Assembly: GCA_051942245.1 (NCBI GenBank)
Contig: JAVECL010000038.1
Coordinates: 62,001-82,462 of the forward strand
Length of the DNA: 20,462 nt
Reading direction: 5' to 3'
Source of the DNA: Trypethelium eluteriae
Taxonomy: Eukaryota
This document shows positions 1 through 10,492 of the stretch, piece after piece. The notes below the pieces were generated by a model that saw only the letters and a program-made list of their open reading frames with translations, was not told the origin of the DNA and searched no databases. Positions within the stretch are counted from its first letter, which is position 1, and each line of letters opens with the position of its first letter. The position numbers were made by a program, and so were the translations under genes.

Positions 1-95
1 TCGTCCACTACAAGAACTGATCACTTTGACCTCTCAGACTTTTTTTTCTTTCTATTCATGTAGTGTATGCCTAATCTAGGTAGCTGGACTGCTTC

Positions 96-1239
96 TCATC
101 TGTCTGCAAGCATGTTCCGTATTGAGGACCAGTACTGGCGGGTCACGAAACCTTGGATCTCCTCCTTAGATAGCCATTGATAGTCTGTATCGCCAAAAGC
201 ATTCTGAGCCAAACTCGCCTGCCCTGCCATAATTCTCGCCTTCATGAAGAATATTTTCTCTCCTAGCTCTTCCACATTCTCGTACTCGCGCCAGGAACTC
301 TTTCGAAAGTCGAACTGATAATGCCCAATAGGCACATTTCCCACTACCCAAGTATTCATGTTGATGCCCGCTGTCTGGACAAGAAGTCGTTCAGCGCTCT
401 GCAACACATTAGCCAGGTTAACGATGACGCTCCGATTGTGGTTGAGAGGAGCATACTGTGTGTAGGCTTTCCTTTCCCATCAATCGGGTATGAGGAAAGG
501 TCCACCTCCCCTCCGAGTTCTTGACCAACAGGTACAGCGATTGTTGTAGTAACCGGTCCAGACTCTTCGTATCTCCTTTTTGGTCTGATTCAGTGATCCT
601 GGACATAGGTCTCTCAATGGGCTCCCTTTTCAAAGCAGATCCGCCCTCCTCATCGCTCACAGCCGGGGGCTCAGCATCCTTCAGCAATGCTTCAACTTGA
701 TGTTCCGGCTCGCTTTCTGGTGCTCCCACCAGCAATTCATCATTCCATGCCTCCGTACCGTAACCAGAATATACGCCAATTTCGCGAGCCGCTGTGAGCC
801 TATGTTTGGCCTTTCGCTTCCACTCCTTGTCTTCTGCCGAATCTCTTTTGAAGTAGAAATATCTGGAGAAAGGGAGAGCACATCTTTCATTGAGCCGCCG
901 TTGGTATAAATAGAAAGCCTTTTCAAAAGGGGTAAGGTCGCGAGTGATTTGAGGAGGCCGAGAAAGGACGACACCGGCGCGGACTTGGTAGGCGAGCTGA
1001 GGACTCGAAGAAGGAAGTGCTGAAGGATCAATATCATCAATGCGGTGTTCCCCCTCTGCTATTGCTGCGGCTGCCGAAGCATGCCTTCGCTGGCGGGAGA
1101 TGGTCGCGCGACAAGACTTGCAAAGGCGAACACTTGTCCGCGAGCCTGAAAATATCTCAATCATGATGTATTAAGAGACTGTTATTTGCCTGCCAGTAAA
1201 TGGAATGAAGAACGAAGCGCTCTTTGAACACGCGGTCAT
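96..1239 (-). CDS. MRPL17: Mitochondrial large-subunit ribosomal protein mL46 (yeast MrpL17-like)
   Basis: Recognisable motifs: AGVVLSRPPQITRDLTPFEKAFYLYQRRL, SLDRLLQQSLYLLVK, MNTWVVGNVPIGH, EKIFFMKARIMAGQ, DYQWLSKEEI. GT-AG intron 456..399 (GTATGC...GCTAAT...CAG, 58 nt, phase 0) joins ORFs 418..1164 and 96..407. The start is either ATG 1164 (336 aa) or in-frame ATG 1239 via a tentative 48-nt GC-AG intron 1193..1146. Confidence 0.9.
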
Positions 1240-1723
1240 GATGGTCGCGAGCACAATATCACAGATGGAGAAGTTCTGCGTTACGAAGCTCGAAATTCAA
1301 GCAGGGGTTCTTTACGCCAATCTCAAAAGAGACTAAAGCGCATTCTGCGCCGCCTCCTTCAGAGACCACTTTGGAGCCGCACAACTGCTTTTTCATTTCA
1401 AGGCATCAACCTTATCTTCGATTGCTTCTTACGTTCCACAGCATATTGATCATTTAAGATGCCAAGAATGAATTCGAGCAGTCTTTTCGCTAGCAGCATC
1501 CTCATATTCTCCAAGGCCTGCTGTTAGATAGATACTGCTGACATCTTCCCCCGAATCAGGGTATCTCTCCTGAAGACGCGCTATTTGAATGGATGAGGGA
1601 GTTTGGATAGGCGAGAGGGTATCAGGATTCTGTCTTCGCCTCCTCTATACCTTGGCGATTCTATGATTTCAGTTTCTCCGGGTCCATTGAAAAATAGAAA
1701 CTTGATCATTCAAAGCACGCATA

Positions 1724-4250
1724 ATGGTTGATCCTGTTTCCCTTGTCAGCCTTGCCGCTCTGGTTGGAGACATTATTTGGAAAGTCTACGAGTATGGAAA
1801 GGAGGTAAAAGAATGGAGATCTGAGAGACGAGCTTTATGGGAGGAACTTTTCGCTCTGAAAGGCGTTCTAGAGCACACACAACAACGCTACGAGTACTTT
1901 CAAGCGACCGACGACCCAATGAATGGTACCACGCCATTTATGCAATCCAAAGAGTTTCGTGAGATGATCCTTAGCACTAAAGAGTTCCTAGATGATCTAT
2001 CTTCGCGTTTGACAGTCCCCAAGGACAAGCTTCGCAAGGCCGTTAAAGCACTCAAATGGCCGTTAGATAAAAGTGACATCCTAATGAGCATAGAACGGCT
2101 CGAGAGAGTGAAGGCTTGGTTTGTTTTGACTATGATGAGCGATAGCCTGGATTTGTCGCGAGAGACTTATCACGAGGTACACGAATTGAAATCTCTTCTA
2201 CATCGCGAGTACGAGTCTCGGACCGATGAACGACAGAAGAAATCCAAAGGAGACTTGGTCCACTGGCTCGCTCCCGTCACTCCGAGTCTTACCCATACCA
2301 AAGCCTTTAGTAAGTGGCAAGAGGGCACTGGCTCATGGTTCGTAAAAGGGAGTTTTGAGGAATGGTTCGAATTGAACAAACCAAGCATTCTATGGCTCAG
2401 GGGTAAGTCTGGCGCTGGGAAGACCACTTTATTGTAAGTCTTCTTGTTTTTGGGCTATCTATCAAACGATGATCCTTGTCAGTGTCCCGTGAACGAACCC
2501 AGAGATTTTATTTTTTGCAGCTCTAGTGTCATTGAACATGCCCTACGAAGGACTCGTTTGAATCAACGGATAGGCGTGGCCTACTTCTATTGTTCGTTTG
2601 ACAACGCAAATTCCCAAGATCCCGTCAATGTCCTTGGCTCGCTTATTGTACAGCTTGCCGAAAAAGTTCCATCAGTGCTTGACGCGTATCAGGCCAAGTT
2701 TCTTAGTCCCAATCGTCTTAAAGTTCAAGAACTGGAAGATCAGATACTTGACCATTGTAGAATGTTGGAACGTTTTTATATTTTCATCGATGCGGTGAAC
2801 GAGTCGAGCTCGAGCAGTAATATTGTAACCAGTCTATTAAGAATTGTACAAGAGTCAAAAAATGTGGGGATCTTCATGACAAGTACTCCAGATGCCGAAA
2901 CGCAGGACATCCTACAAGGTCGGCTGACACCAGTTGATATGCGAACATCGTGTATCGAGGAGGACATTAGATTTTTCGTCAACATCAAGATTCAACAAAC
3001 TCCAAGTCTAAGGGATCTTAGCGAGAAAATAAAATCGGAAATACGTCAGACCGTGGTCAAAAAGTCTGATGGCATGTATGCGAATTTCTCGCACACTTCT
3101 GATCGTCGGAATGCTTACAATGCATAGGTTCCGATGGGTACAATGTCAGATGGATTTTCTTGCGGCTCAGCGTACCGGAAAGGCAGTGAGGAAAGCTCTT
3201 GAGCAATTACCCAATGACCTCAACTCGGTCTATGTTCGAATGCTTGCGAGTATTGCGCCTGCTGATCAAATCATTGCAAAGCAAGCCTTCATGTGGCTAA
3301 GCTTCTCTAAACGACCGCTTTCTCTCTTGGAGCTTTGTGAAGCTGTCGTCATTGACGAGGATGATTATTCCATCGATGAGGATTCACGACTTCGTCCTCC
3401 TACAATCTTGCTGCGCTTGTGTAAAGGGCTTGTCGTAGATGACGAGAGTACTGGCCAAGTGGCGCTAGCGCACTCATCCATCAAAACATTCCTCACGTCG
3501 GAAAAAATCAAAGAAACGGAAGCAGTCTTCTTTGCCTTCGATTACGAAGAGGCTACCCAGACAATCATAAGGAAATGCTTGACCTACCTCATGTTTGATG
3601 ACTTCGGGGGAGGATGCTGCGACCGTGGACTCCTCCAAAATCGGGTTACAAGGTTCCATCTCCTCGACTACACCGCGCTCCAATGGGCTGTGCATGCCAG
3701 TCAACGTAGGAAGCCGATGTACTCTCTAAACGAATCTGACCATCTCCTGATTTCCAGATTCCTTTCTACGTATAACTCATCTACTGGTAGCAACTTCACT
3801 CATTGGGTTCTCTGCCTCATTCCAGAGGCCGAGGATGAGATTATCCGCGCTACGCAGCCCCTCTATTACATGTCTTCATTCGGTCTCACATCTATTGTGG
3901 AGCGAATACTCAAGACATACCGTCCGCTGGACGTAGATGCCTACGGCGGCCGTCAAAAGTCAACCGCGCTCCAAGTGTCTTGCGTTCGCAGTTCAATTAA
4001 CGTCATCCGCCTCTTGCTTGAACATGGTGCCGATCCAAACAGTTGCAACATACATGGTCTTTCGTGCCTCTTCTGGGCAGTCAGGTACGGCAGAGATGAT
4101 GTGTATATACTTCTCAGACAATATGGCGCAGAACCGAATGGCAATTTCGAACCACATCTTGGTAAGCGGGATCCACTCAAGGCTCTATTCCGAAGGACGA
4201 TCAAGGAGATGGAGAGTGAGTATCAACGCGGCGCCAAGGCTGGAGGTTAG
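1724..4250 (+). CDS. Fungal NLR-like STAND protein: HeLo-like/SesA-type N-terminal domain, NACHT NTPase, winged helix, 3 ankyrin repeats (795 aa)
   Basis: Exons 1724..2433, 2521..3075, 3128..4250. Introns GTAAGT..GCAG (87 nt) and GTATGC..TAG (52 nt), both phase 2, restore one frame. N-terminus MVDPVSLVSLAAL..ELFALKGVLE..LKWPLDK..IERLERVK; EGTGSWF; Walker A LWLRGKSGAGKT; VAYFYCSF; Walker B IFIDAVNE; GMFRWVQCQ; RPLSLLELCEAV; LAHSSIKTFL; ankyrin-like units at about 3855..4140 (LLLEHGADPN). Confidence 0.9.
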
Positions 4251-4531
4251 AAGGGAAGCGTCAGATTACACCGAAGCCCATTGCAAAGAGTTGGTGCTGC
4301 AGCCACCGTGCTCCAATGAAACGACGCGTCGAGGCCAATTATGCTCATTTCGAAAACATTAAGTCAATCAGAAGATAGCGTAGACATATCCTCTTTGTTT
4401 CTAAGGATCGGCTAGAAAATGTCTCGTGTCAGTCGTTGGACTCTCACCAGATAATCACTCTATCTCACAGATCACCTTCCCGAACCATTCACACTGCTAA
4501 AACACACTGCCTCACTCCGAAAGGCTCTCTC

Positions 4532-4536
4532 TATAA
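4532..4536 (+). promoter_or_regulatory. Possible TATA element of the orphan gene at 4600
   Basis: TATAA about 65 nt upstream of ATG 4600, within CT-rich sequence typical of fungal core promoters. Short motif, weak evidence. Confidence 0.3.
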
Positions 4537-4599
4537 GTCTAGCCTATACTTCTTCCTGGACGCCTTGACCATCCACGCTGCCATCGTTGCAGCTTCATT

Positions 4600-5406
4600 A
4601 TGATGGCATCTACATCCAACCACACCCAAGGCGATAGCAATCAAGACGGCTCACCGCCTCTCGAACGTACCCCTATCCTCGATGTCGACGCGTTACCTAC
4701 CGCGCTCGCTCCGGACAAATTCTCCATTCTGGAGGCCGATGCCCTCCCGACTGCCCTTGCGCGCCACGCCGCTGCCACCCAGAAGACAAACCGGATAGCG
4801 GCTATTGTTGGAAAGTGTCGGGCGGCGATCGGACTATTGGAGATGCAATTGGACACAGAGCGCGGAGCCCTGGAAGACCTGATGAGAAGGCTTCAGGAGG
4901 CAAAGGAGGAGAAGGCTGTAGGTTGCTTCTCTCGTTCAATCGGACTCATAGGCACTCACCATTGATCCTTTTCATCCTTATAATATTACTTGTACGAAAG
5001 GAGGTGACGAGCTTATGATACGGACGTCATCCTGTCAACTCTCCTTGGTCACAGAAGGCACAATGCTGACATACTGGGTGCGGAACAGACATGGCAGGCC
5101 AGATTAGAGTGTGTGAGGGAGTTGCAGACCGCGCTGAGAGCTCAGAGCATTGCCACGCCAAACTCTGAGGCAGATGTCGAGAGTCAAGCCGCGAATGACG
5201 GATCGCAGGAATCGGACGTGCCGGATGGAGTTGGGGATTTAGCGATGATGGAGCGAGAAGAGCAGAAGGCTGGAGAGGATGCGTGTGATGAGGGAAGGCC
5301 GGAAGAAGACTTGGAATTGCCAAGCATAGTGCACGACAGGAGCGAAAATCCGGATGAATCGCCAACAAATCCAAAGAAGCGAGCGCGGAAGGGAAGCTTG
5401 CCCTAA
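4600..5406 (+). CDS. Hypothetical orphan protein (211 aa): tandem DALPTALA repeat, coiled coil, acidic region, C-terminal basic NLS-like motif
   Basis: Exons 4600..4917 and 5089..5406 are joined by intron 4918..5088 (GTAGGT...GCTGAC...CAG, 171 nt, phase 0), giving ...EAKEEKA/TWQARLECVRELQ.... Ends PKKRARKGSLP followed by tandem stops TAA TAG. Confidence 0.65.
4675..4761 (+). repeat. Two-copy coding repeat ILDVDALPTALA / ILEADALPTALA (51-nt period)
   Basis: Copies at 4675..4710 and 4726..4761; 10 of 12 residues are identical. Confidence 0.85.
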
Positions 5407-5852
5407 TAGCCCAGGTATGGCGCTTTCACTTTTCGAGGCTATGACATGCTATAATTTATTTAATATTGCATAAACAAGGTGAGTGCTTAATATGTCCTGC
5501 AAAATATTCAATAGAAAACCTTATCCATCCATATGAATAGGGAAGTATAATATCATTTGCCTTGTCAAAGGGAATCTGCCAGTTCTACCGAGCACCTCAA
5601 GTGTTGGTAGGTGCGACCTCAGTGAAGTGCGTATAGAGGTCCTCGAGCTTACCGGAGGAGCTCAATGCTAAAACCAATCGTAATTGTATCATGGGACTAT
5701 TAATCTTTCCCTCTAACTAATAATCAGATCGTCACAGCAGACCAATATCTTGGTTGCGGCATCTCCCGCATTCCAAATCGGATCGTATCATACAAGCATC
5801 TATCAGAATGAGATAGTCATACAGAGACATAGTTGATTATCTGCAGAATCAG

Positions 5853-7336
5853 TCAAATATAGCTGACCTTCACTCCCATACCCACGGTCCTTCTCACCTT
5901 CTCCCATGACTGGGCCAGCGCCCTTTTTAATCTCTCCCTGACCTCACGTCTTCCCACGATTCCTAGGAAGGCAATCAGGAAGAGTAGAAACCGAAGCATC
6001 AGCATCGGATGTCCAGTCATGTTCCGTGCAGTTTCAGCCAAGGAGGTCTGTAGAGCAAGAAACAAACTCGAGGCCCGCTTAACGATCGATGACGGCGAGG
6101 GCTGAGAGTTGGACTTTTTGGCAGGTTGTTTCGACTGTGGTCCACGACTTGCTCCATTCTGGTTGCCCGGTCTCGCCTTGCCGTTCGTATGAGGTTCTCC
6201 GCCTCCCCCCCTGCTTCCACTTCCTCTCGATGTCGTCCCTGAGCCAGAACCCGATCTCGCATGTCCGTTTCGTATCTCCTGCACGCGTCGGGCGTCCTCT
6301 TCGGCCTGCCGTTTTCGCCGCTCCTCTTCCTGCCTTCTCGCTTCCATCTCTTGATCTCGTTCCCTCTGGAGTTCGGCTTCTCGCTGAGCGTCTTGGTCCA
6401 TCTCCTCTTTCAACTGCTGTAGAGCTTGTAGAAAGGCGTCTTTTCGTTCCTCGTCTAGCAATGCCGACATGCTGATGAAGTCGCGTGCATAGTCCCATTC
6501 TCCATTTCGGGGCAGCACATGAAGAGTATACAATTCAAGGACCTTGAGGCGTACATGAAGATCGCGAGGGGTACTCGTCCCGGTATTTGAGCGTGCGGGA
6601 GAGGGCCGACGTGGGGTTGGCGTCTGAGAGGTGGAATATTCATGCGAAGGCGAAAAATGGCTGCTGGATATATCAAGAGTTGGATTGACGGAGGCGGAGA
6701 GGTAGGTCTCGAGATGAGATTGGTTGAGGGATTGAGTGGGAGAGTGGGTGAGTAGAAGAGTTGCTCTTTAGACATGTGAGTTTATTGCTCTTTGCAAAGA
6801 CAGACAGATTCAAAGGTGTTGAAGATAACGACTCACAGATTGCTGACTACCTCAGCATCGACATCGCCTTCGCGTCCACTGTAGCCATCTCGGACAACGT
6901 CTTCCCACACGGTACCTTCGCGTGCCTTTGCTGCCAGCGCCCGCCATTTGGTGCTTCCGAATGAGTGTTTGCCGTCCTCCAATCCAAGCTCGATGATCGA
7001 ATTGAGCAAGGTGAGGTAAAAGCTCCAAACTTTTATCCGCGTATTACGAGAGGCGGTTGCAACGGGAGCGAGTGTGGGATAGTCTCCATTCTCCAGACCA
7101 TTGCGTTGCTCGGGTAAGGAGGACGGCGTAATGACTGGCTCAATAGTAGAGAGAGCTTCGGGTAATCTCCTCGTGAGGAACAATTGCGCAGCTTGGCGGT
7201 ATGTCTTTGCAATTTGAGACGACTGGTGCCGGGATGAGAGAGAACCGGTGGATGAGGCAAGCATTCGGGAATTGGATACAGGGTCTTCGTATGGTATCGT
7301 CATTGTAGACGAAAATGCATTGGTCTTGGACGCCAT
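5853..7336 (-). CDS. PEX26: Peroxin 26, tail-anchored peroxisomal membrane anchor for Pex1/Pex6 (470 aa)
   Basis: Motifs KTYRQAAQLFLTRRLPEAL, RIKVWSFYLTLL, NLATLLLTHS, ELYTLHVLPRNGEWDYARDFI, a coiled coil, C-terminal TM segment LMLRFLLFLIAFLGIV and terminal MGVKVSYI. Exons 7336..6837 and 6765..5853; intron 6836..6766 (GTGAGT...CTCAC...AAG, 71 nt, phase 2). Confidence 0.88.
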
Positions 7337-7936
7337 AACGGCCTACTCTGCGACCCGGATTTTCGAGGAGATTTCGTGGATAGTCTTGTTGTAAACAAAT
7401 GGTAGTGAAACATTTGGGGAGGTCGGAATGCTGATGACGATGGACCTCGGCATCATTTAAGCTTCCGCAGTCCCAACCCACAACCACATGCTGCGAACCG
7501 CGCTCGTTTTTCTTTTTGCTCTGGAATCATGTCACGCATGAGCAAAAATCCACGGTATCGTGTTGAGCACCTCAATCGCTACTTAAGCTGCTCCAAGAAG
7601 ACTCCGAAGCTCGAAGCGAAAGATGACACTTTCCATTTCTGCTTGCAGGTAGGCATGTGACGTAGAAGCTGTGTGTAGCTGTCCACCTAATAATGTAGAT
7701 TTGCGTCTCGCCAAACGCTGCCCGTTTGCCTCTCTCCTTCATTTACCCACGACTTACGTACTTTTCGCACCTTCGTCCACGTTGAGCATACAAAATCGCA
7801 GCGCCGATCCCCATTACTTTGTGTTGACAGTCCAAGAACCATCTTTCATCCTTGCAGTCACCATGTCCGTACTCGAATAGTTACGTATCGCAGTCAGACG
7901 TGAATGTAAGCCAGAACTTTGCCTGACTACACAAAC
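7337..7936. promoter_or_regulatory. Divergent (bidirectional) intergenic region PEX26 / PARN-like gene, containing CCTCGG at 7445..7450
   Basis: Head-to-head start codons 600 nt apart. CCTCGG is the FarA/FarB core site described for Aspergillus fatty-acid and peroxisome genes. Confidence 0.5.
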
Positions 7937-10044
7937 ATGGACATCAATGCCACCTCGTTCCCGGGAAAGTTACTCGATATCTTAACCACAATCTCGGAGT
8001 CCCGATTTGTCGCTTTTGACTTGGAACTCTCGGGCGTACCTTCGAATCAGCGTAAACCGAATTCTGCCAAACAGACATTACAGGAAAGATACGAAGAGAC
8101 CAAGCAGGCTGCCGAGCGATATCAGATTCTGCAAGTTGGCTTAACATGCGTCCGCGAATCTCACCGTCCAACGAACTCCGACGAATCGCAGGAAATGGAG
8201 ACCGTTTATACTGTTCAGCCATACAACTTTAACATCAGTCCTTTGTTACCGGAGCGTATGGGAGTTGAGCGCATATTTTCCTTCCAAAGTGGTGCCGCCG
8301 AGTTCTTAGTTCAACATGGTTTTCGGATCGACTTGCCCTTCACTGAAGGTGTACCATATCTGTCTAGGGATGAGGCCAAGCTAGCGGAGGAGAGGGGACT
8401 TGCTAAGATAGAGAAGCGTGCTTTACCAGATATCGATCTCAGCAAACCTGAAGACGCTGCCGCGGTAGAGTTCATGGACGACGTACGACAAGCAATTAAA
8501 GAGTGGCAGAAGAAGGGAAAGGTCTGCACTTCCATTCCACAAGCAGCGTTGACTTTGGAGTGCTGACGGATTCTCTACCGCTCCAGCCTGACTATCTCGA
8601 CATTGACCCCGAAGTTCGCAACGTGCCAGAGCAAGAGCGTCAGGCCGTGCTGTCGAAATTCGAAATGCGTCTTGTGCATCAGCTAGTCAGGGCTGAATTC
8701 CCGAAATTGCAAAGTTTTGGAAAGCGTGGGTACGTGCAAATCGTGCATCTTGACGAGACGAGGGAGCTAGCCTGGCAAAAAGAGAAAAGGGAAAAGATCA
8801 AGGAAGGTATAGCCGAACGTATTGGCTTTCGATGGATCGTGGAATGGCTGGCTGGTTGCGACATGTCACAATTTGATGTCAAAAGCTTTGCGAGAAATCC
8901 ATCAACCGGTGAAGCAGCGTTTGCGGACCTTCAATATCTAAGATCTCGTTGGCACCGTGCACAGGATCTTAGGAAAATGCGTCGCCCGATCCTAGTGGGA
9001 CACAATCTCTTCATTGATTTGATTTACCTCTACCACACATTCCTCGGGCCTCTGCCACAAACTGTGGAGGAATATGCTAGCATCATTCACAAACTATTTC
9101 CACGGGTGATGGACACCAAGTATATTGCTACGCATAACGTCGGCAAGATAAAGCCAGATTCATCCTTGGACTCGCTCCATTTGGTACTCTCTGACCAGAC
9201 ATTACCAATTATTGGCAAGCTTTACCCTTTCGCAACAGTATGAAGGAAAACTGACTTACGTACAGTGACACATCCTGAATATAAGAAATATGACGCCACG
9301 ACTGCCTATCATGAGGCTGGTTACGATAGTCTTCTGACAGCCCGTGTATTAATTCGATTATCCACGAAACTTGAAGCTCTTGGCAGTTATGAGGATGCCG
9401 GAAAGACGACGACTACTGAAAATCTCGTTGCAGAAGACGAGGTAGAAAGCAACAGCAACGATGGCTACGAGACAGCACAAGAAGAGAGCGGGCTTGCAAG
9501 TCTGCTCAGTAATCGCCTCTCGATAGCTAGTGGAGCCATATCCAACGTTGCAAGCAGCTTATTCGGAAGCTCCTCGACAGCAGACATTTCAAAGAAGCAG
9601 AAGAAGAAGAAGATGAGTAGCGAGAGGAAGAGCAGGAGCAAGATAAAGAGCAAGAAACAGGCCACCCAAGCAGCTGGCCGTTTCTCACAGCACAACGTCT
9701 TCGACCAGCTTCAGGACATGACTGAAGATAACCAACACTCGGAGCTCGAGGACGAAGATGTCATGCCAGACACGAGTTTCACGAAAGACGCACACGTTCT
9801 CGAACCTGCATCTCTCGATACTGACGAAACGTTAGACGCTTCTGAATGGAAAATACCTAATACAATAGAGACGTCCGTAAAAGTTTTCATCCCCGCCCAG
9901 CTTACTGATCGCGAGGTCAAACTTTCTAAGACGATGCCACCATGGAAGAGTGACTTCTGGAGGGTCTACGAAAATAAGCTAAGGGTATTTGGGACGGAGG
10001 AGGAAGTCTGCATCCTCAATGGGGAAAAGGAGAGGAGCTGCTAG
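7937..10044 (+). CDS. CAF1-family poly(A)-specific ribonuclease, PARN-like DEDDh exonuclease (663 aa)
   Basis: ExoI FVAFDLELSG, ERYEETKQAAERYQILQVGLT, R3H-like RLVHQLVR, ExoII LVGHNLFIDL, DTKY, ExoIII YHEAGYDS; Lys-rich NLS-like tract about 9590..9660. Exons 7937..8521, 8587..9214, 9266..10044. Introns 8522..8586 (GTCTGC..GCTGAC..CAG) and 9215..9265 (GCAAGC..CTGAC..CAG). Confidence 0.9.
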
Positions 10045-10492
10045 CGGAACCAGACTTGTCATGAGGCATTCATGGATAAGCGAGCTTGAGGAAAGGATAA
10101 CAGTATATTCGATTACCCGCGCTCCCATTCAGGTAGCGCACTATAAAAGATGATGTCAAGGACGACCACTCTCGCCCCTGCTCTCTCCCGAAACCGTAGG
10201 CGTCCTCTTGCTTTCCTGTCGACCTGATTTAGCCGCGCTCGTGGTATCAGAGTTCGTCTTCTACTGCGTTGACCAGTAAACTGAACGGAATCCTGAGGTC
10301 AATAGTCCATCTCAAAGACAGTCAAGCCCACCAATGGCACCTACATGGTATGACAGTGCATGCATGCTTTTGTGAGTTTAGAATCCATGGATTGGAAAGT
10401 GCTAGTATCCGTTTCGGATAACCAAGAGTTCGGTCTTCTCGCGCGAAGCAAGACATCCAACGTGGGTGAAATCATGCTGAGTTCTTACGATC

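Noticed and set aside
2403..2408. GTAAGT as an NLR intron donor
   Set aside because: Using it would delete Walker A (GKSGAGKT); the donor at 2434 keeps the motif and the frame.
4675..4761. Repeat as a HET-s-like two-copy amyloid signalling motif for the adjacent NLR
   Set aside because: Contains Pro, lacks the N/Q/G beta-arch pattern, and the NLR N-terminus has no matching motif.
6017..6775. Several 80-140 aa ORFs overlapping PEX26
   Set aside because: Off-frame or antisense to the spliced PEX26 exon 2, and low complexity.
10142..10228. TATAAAA followed by ATGATG...CTGA as a C/D snoRNA or promoter
   Set aside because: Box C is imperfect, no terminal stem or recognisable rRNA guide is visible, and it lies in a convergent 3' intergenic region.
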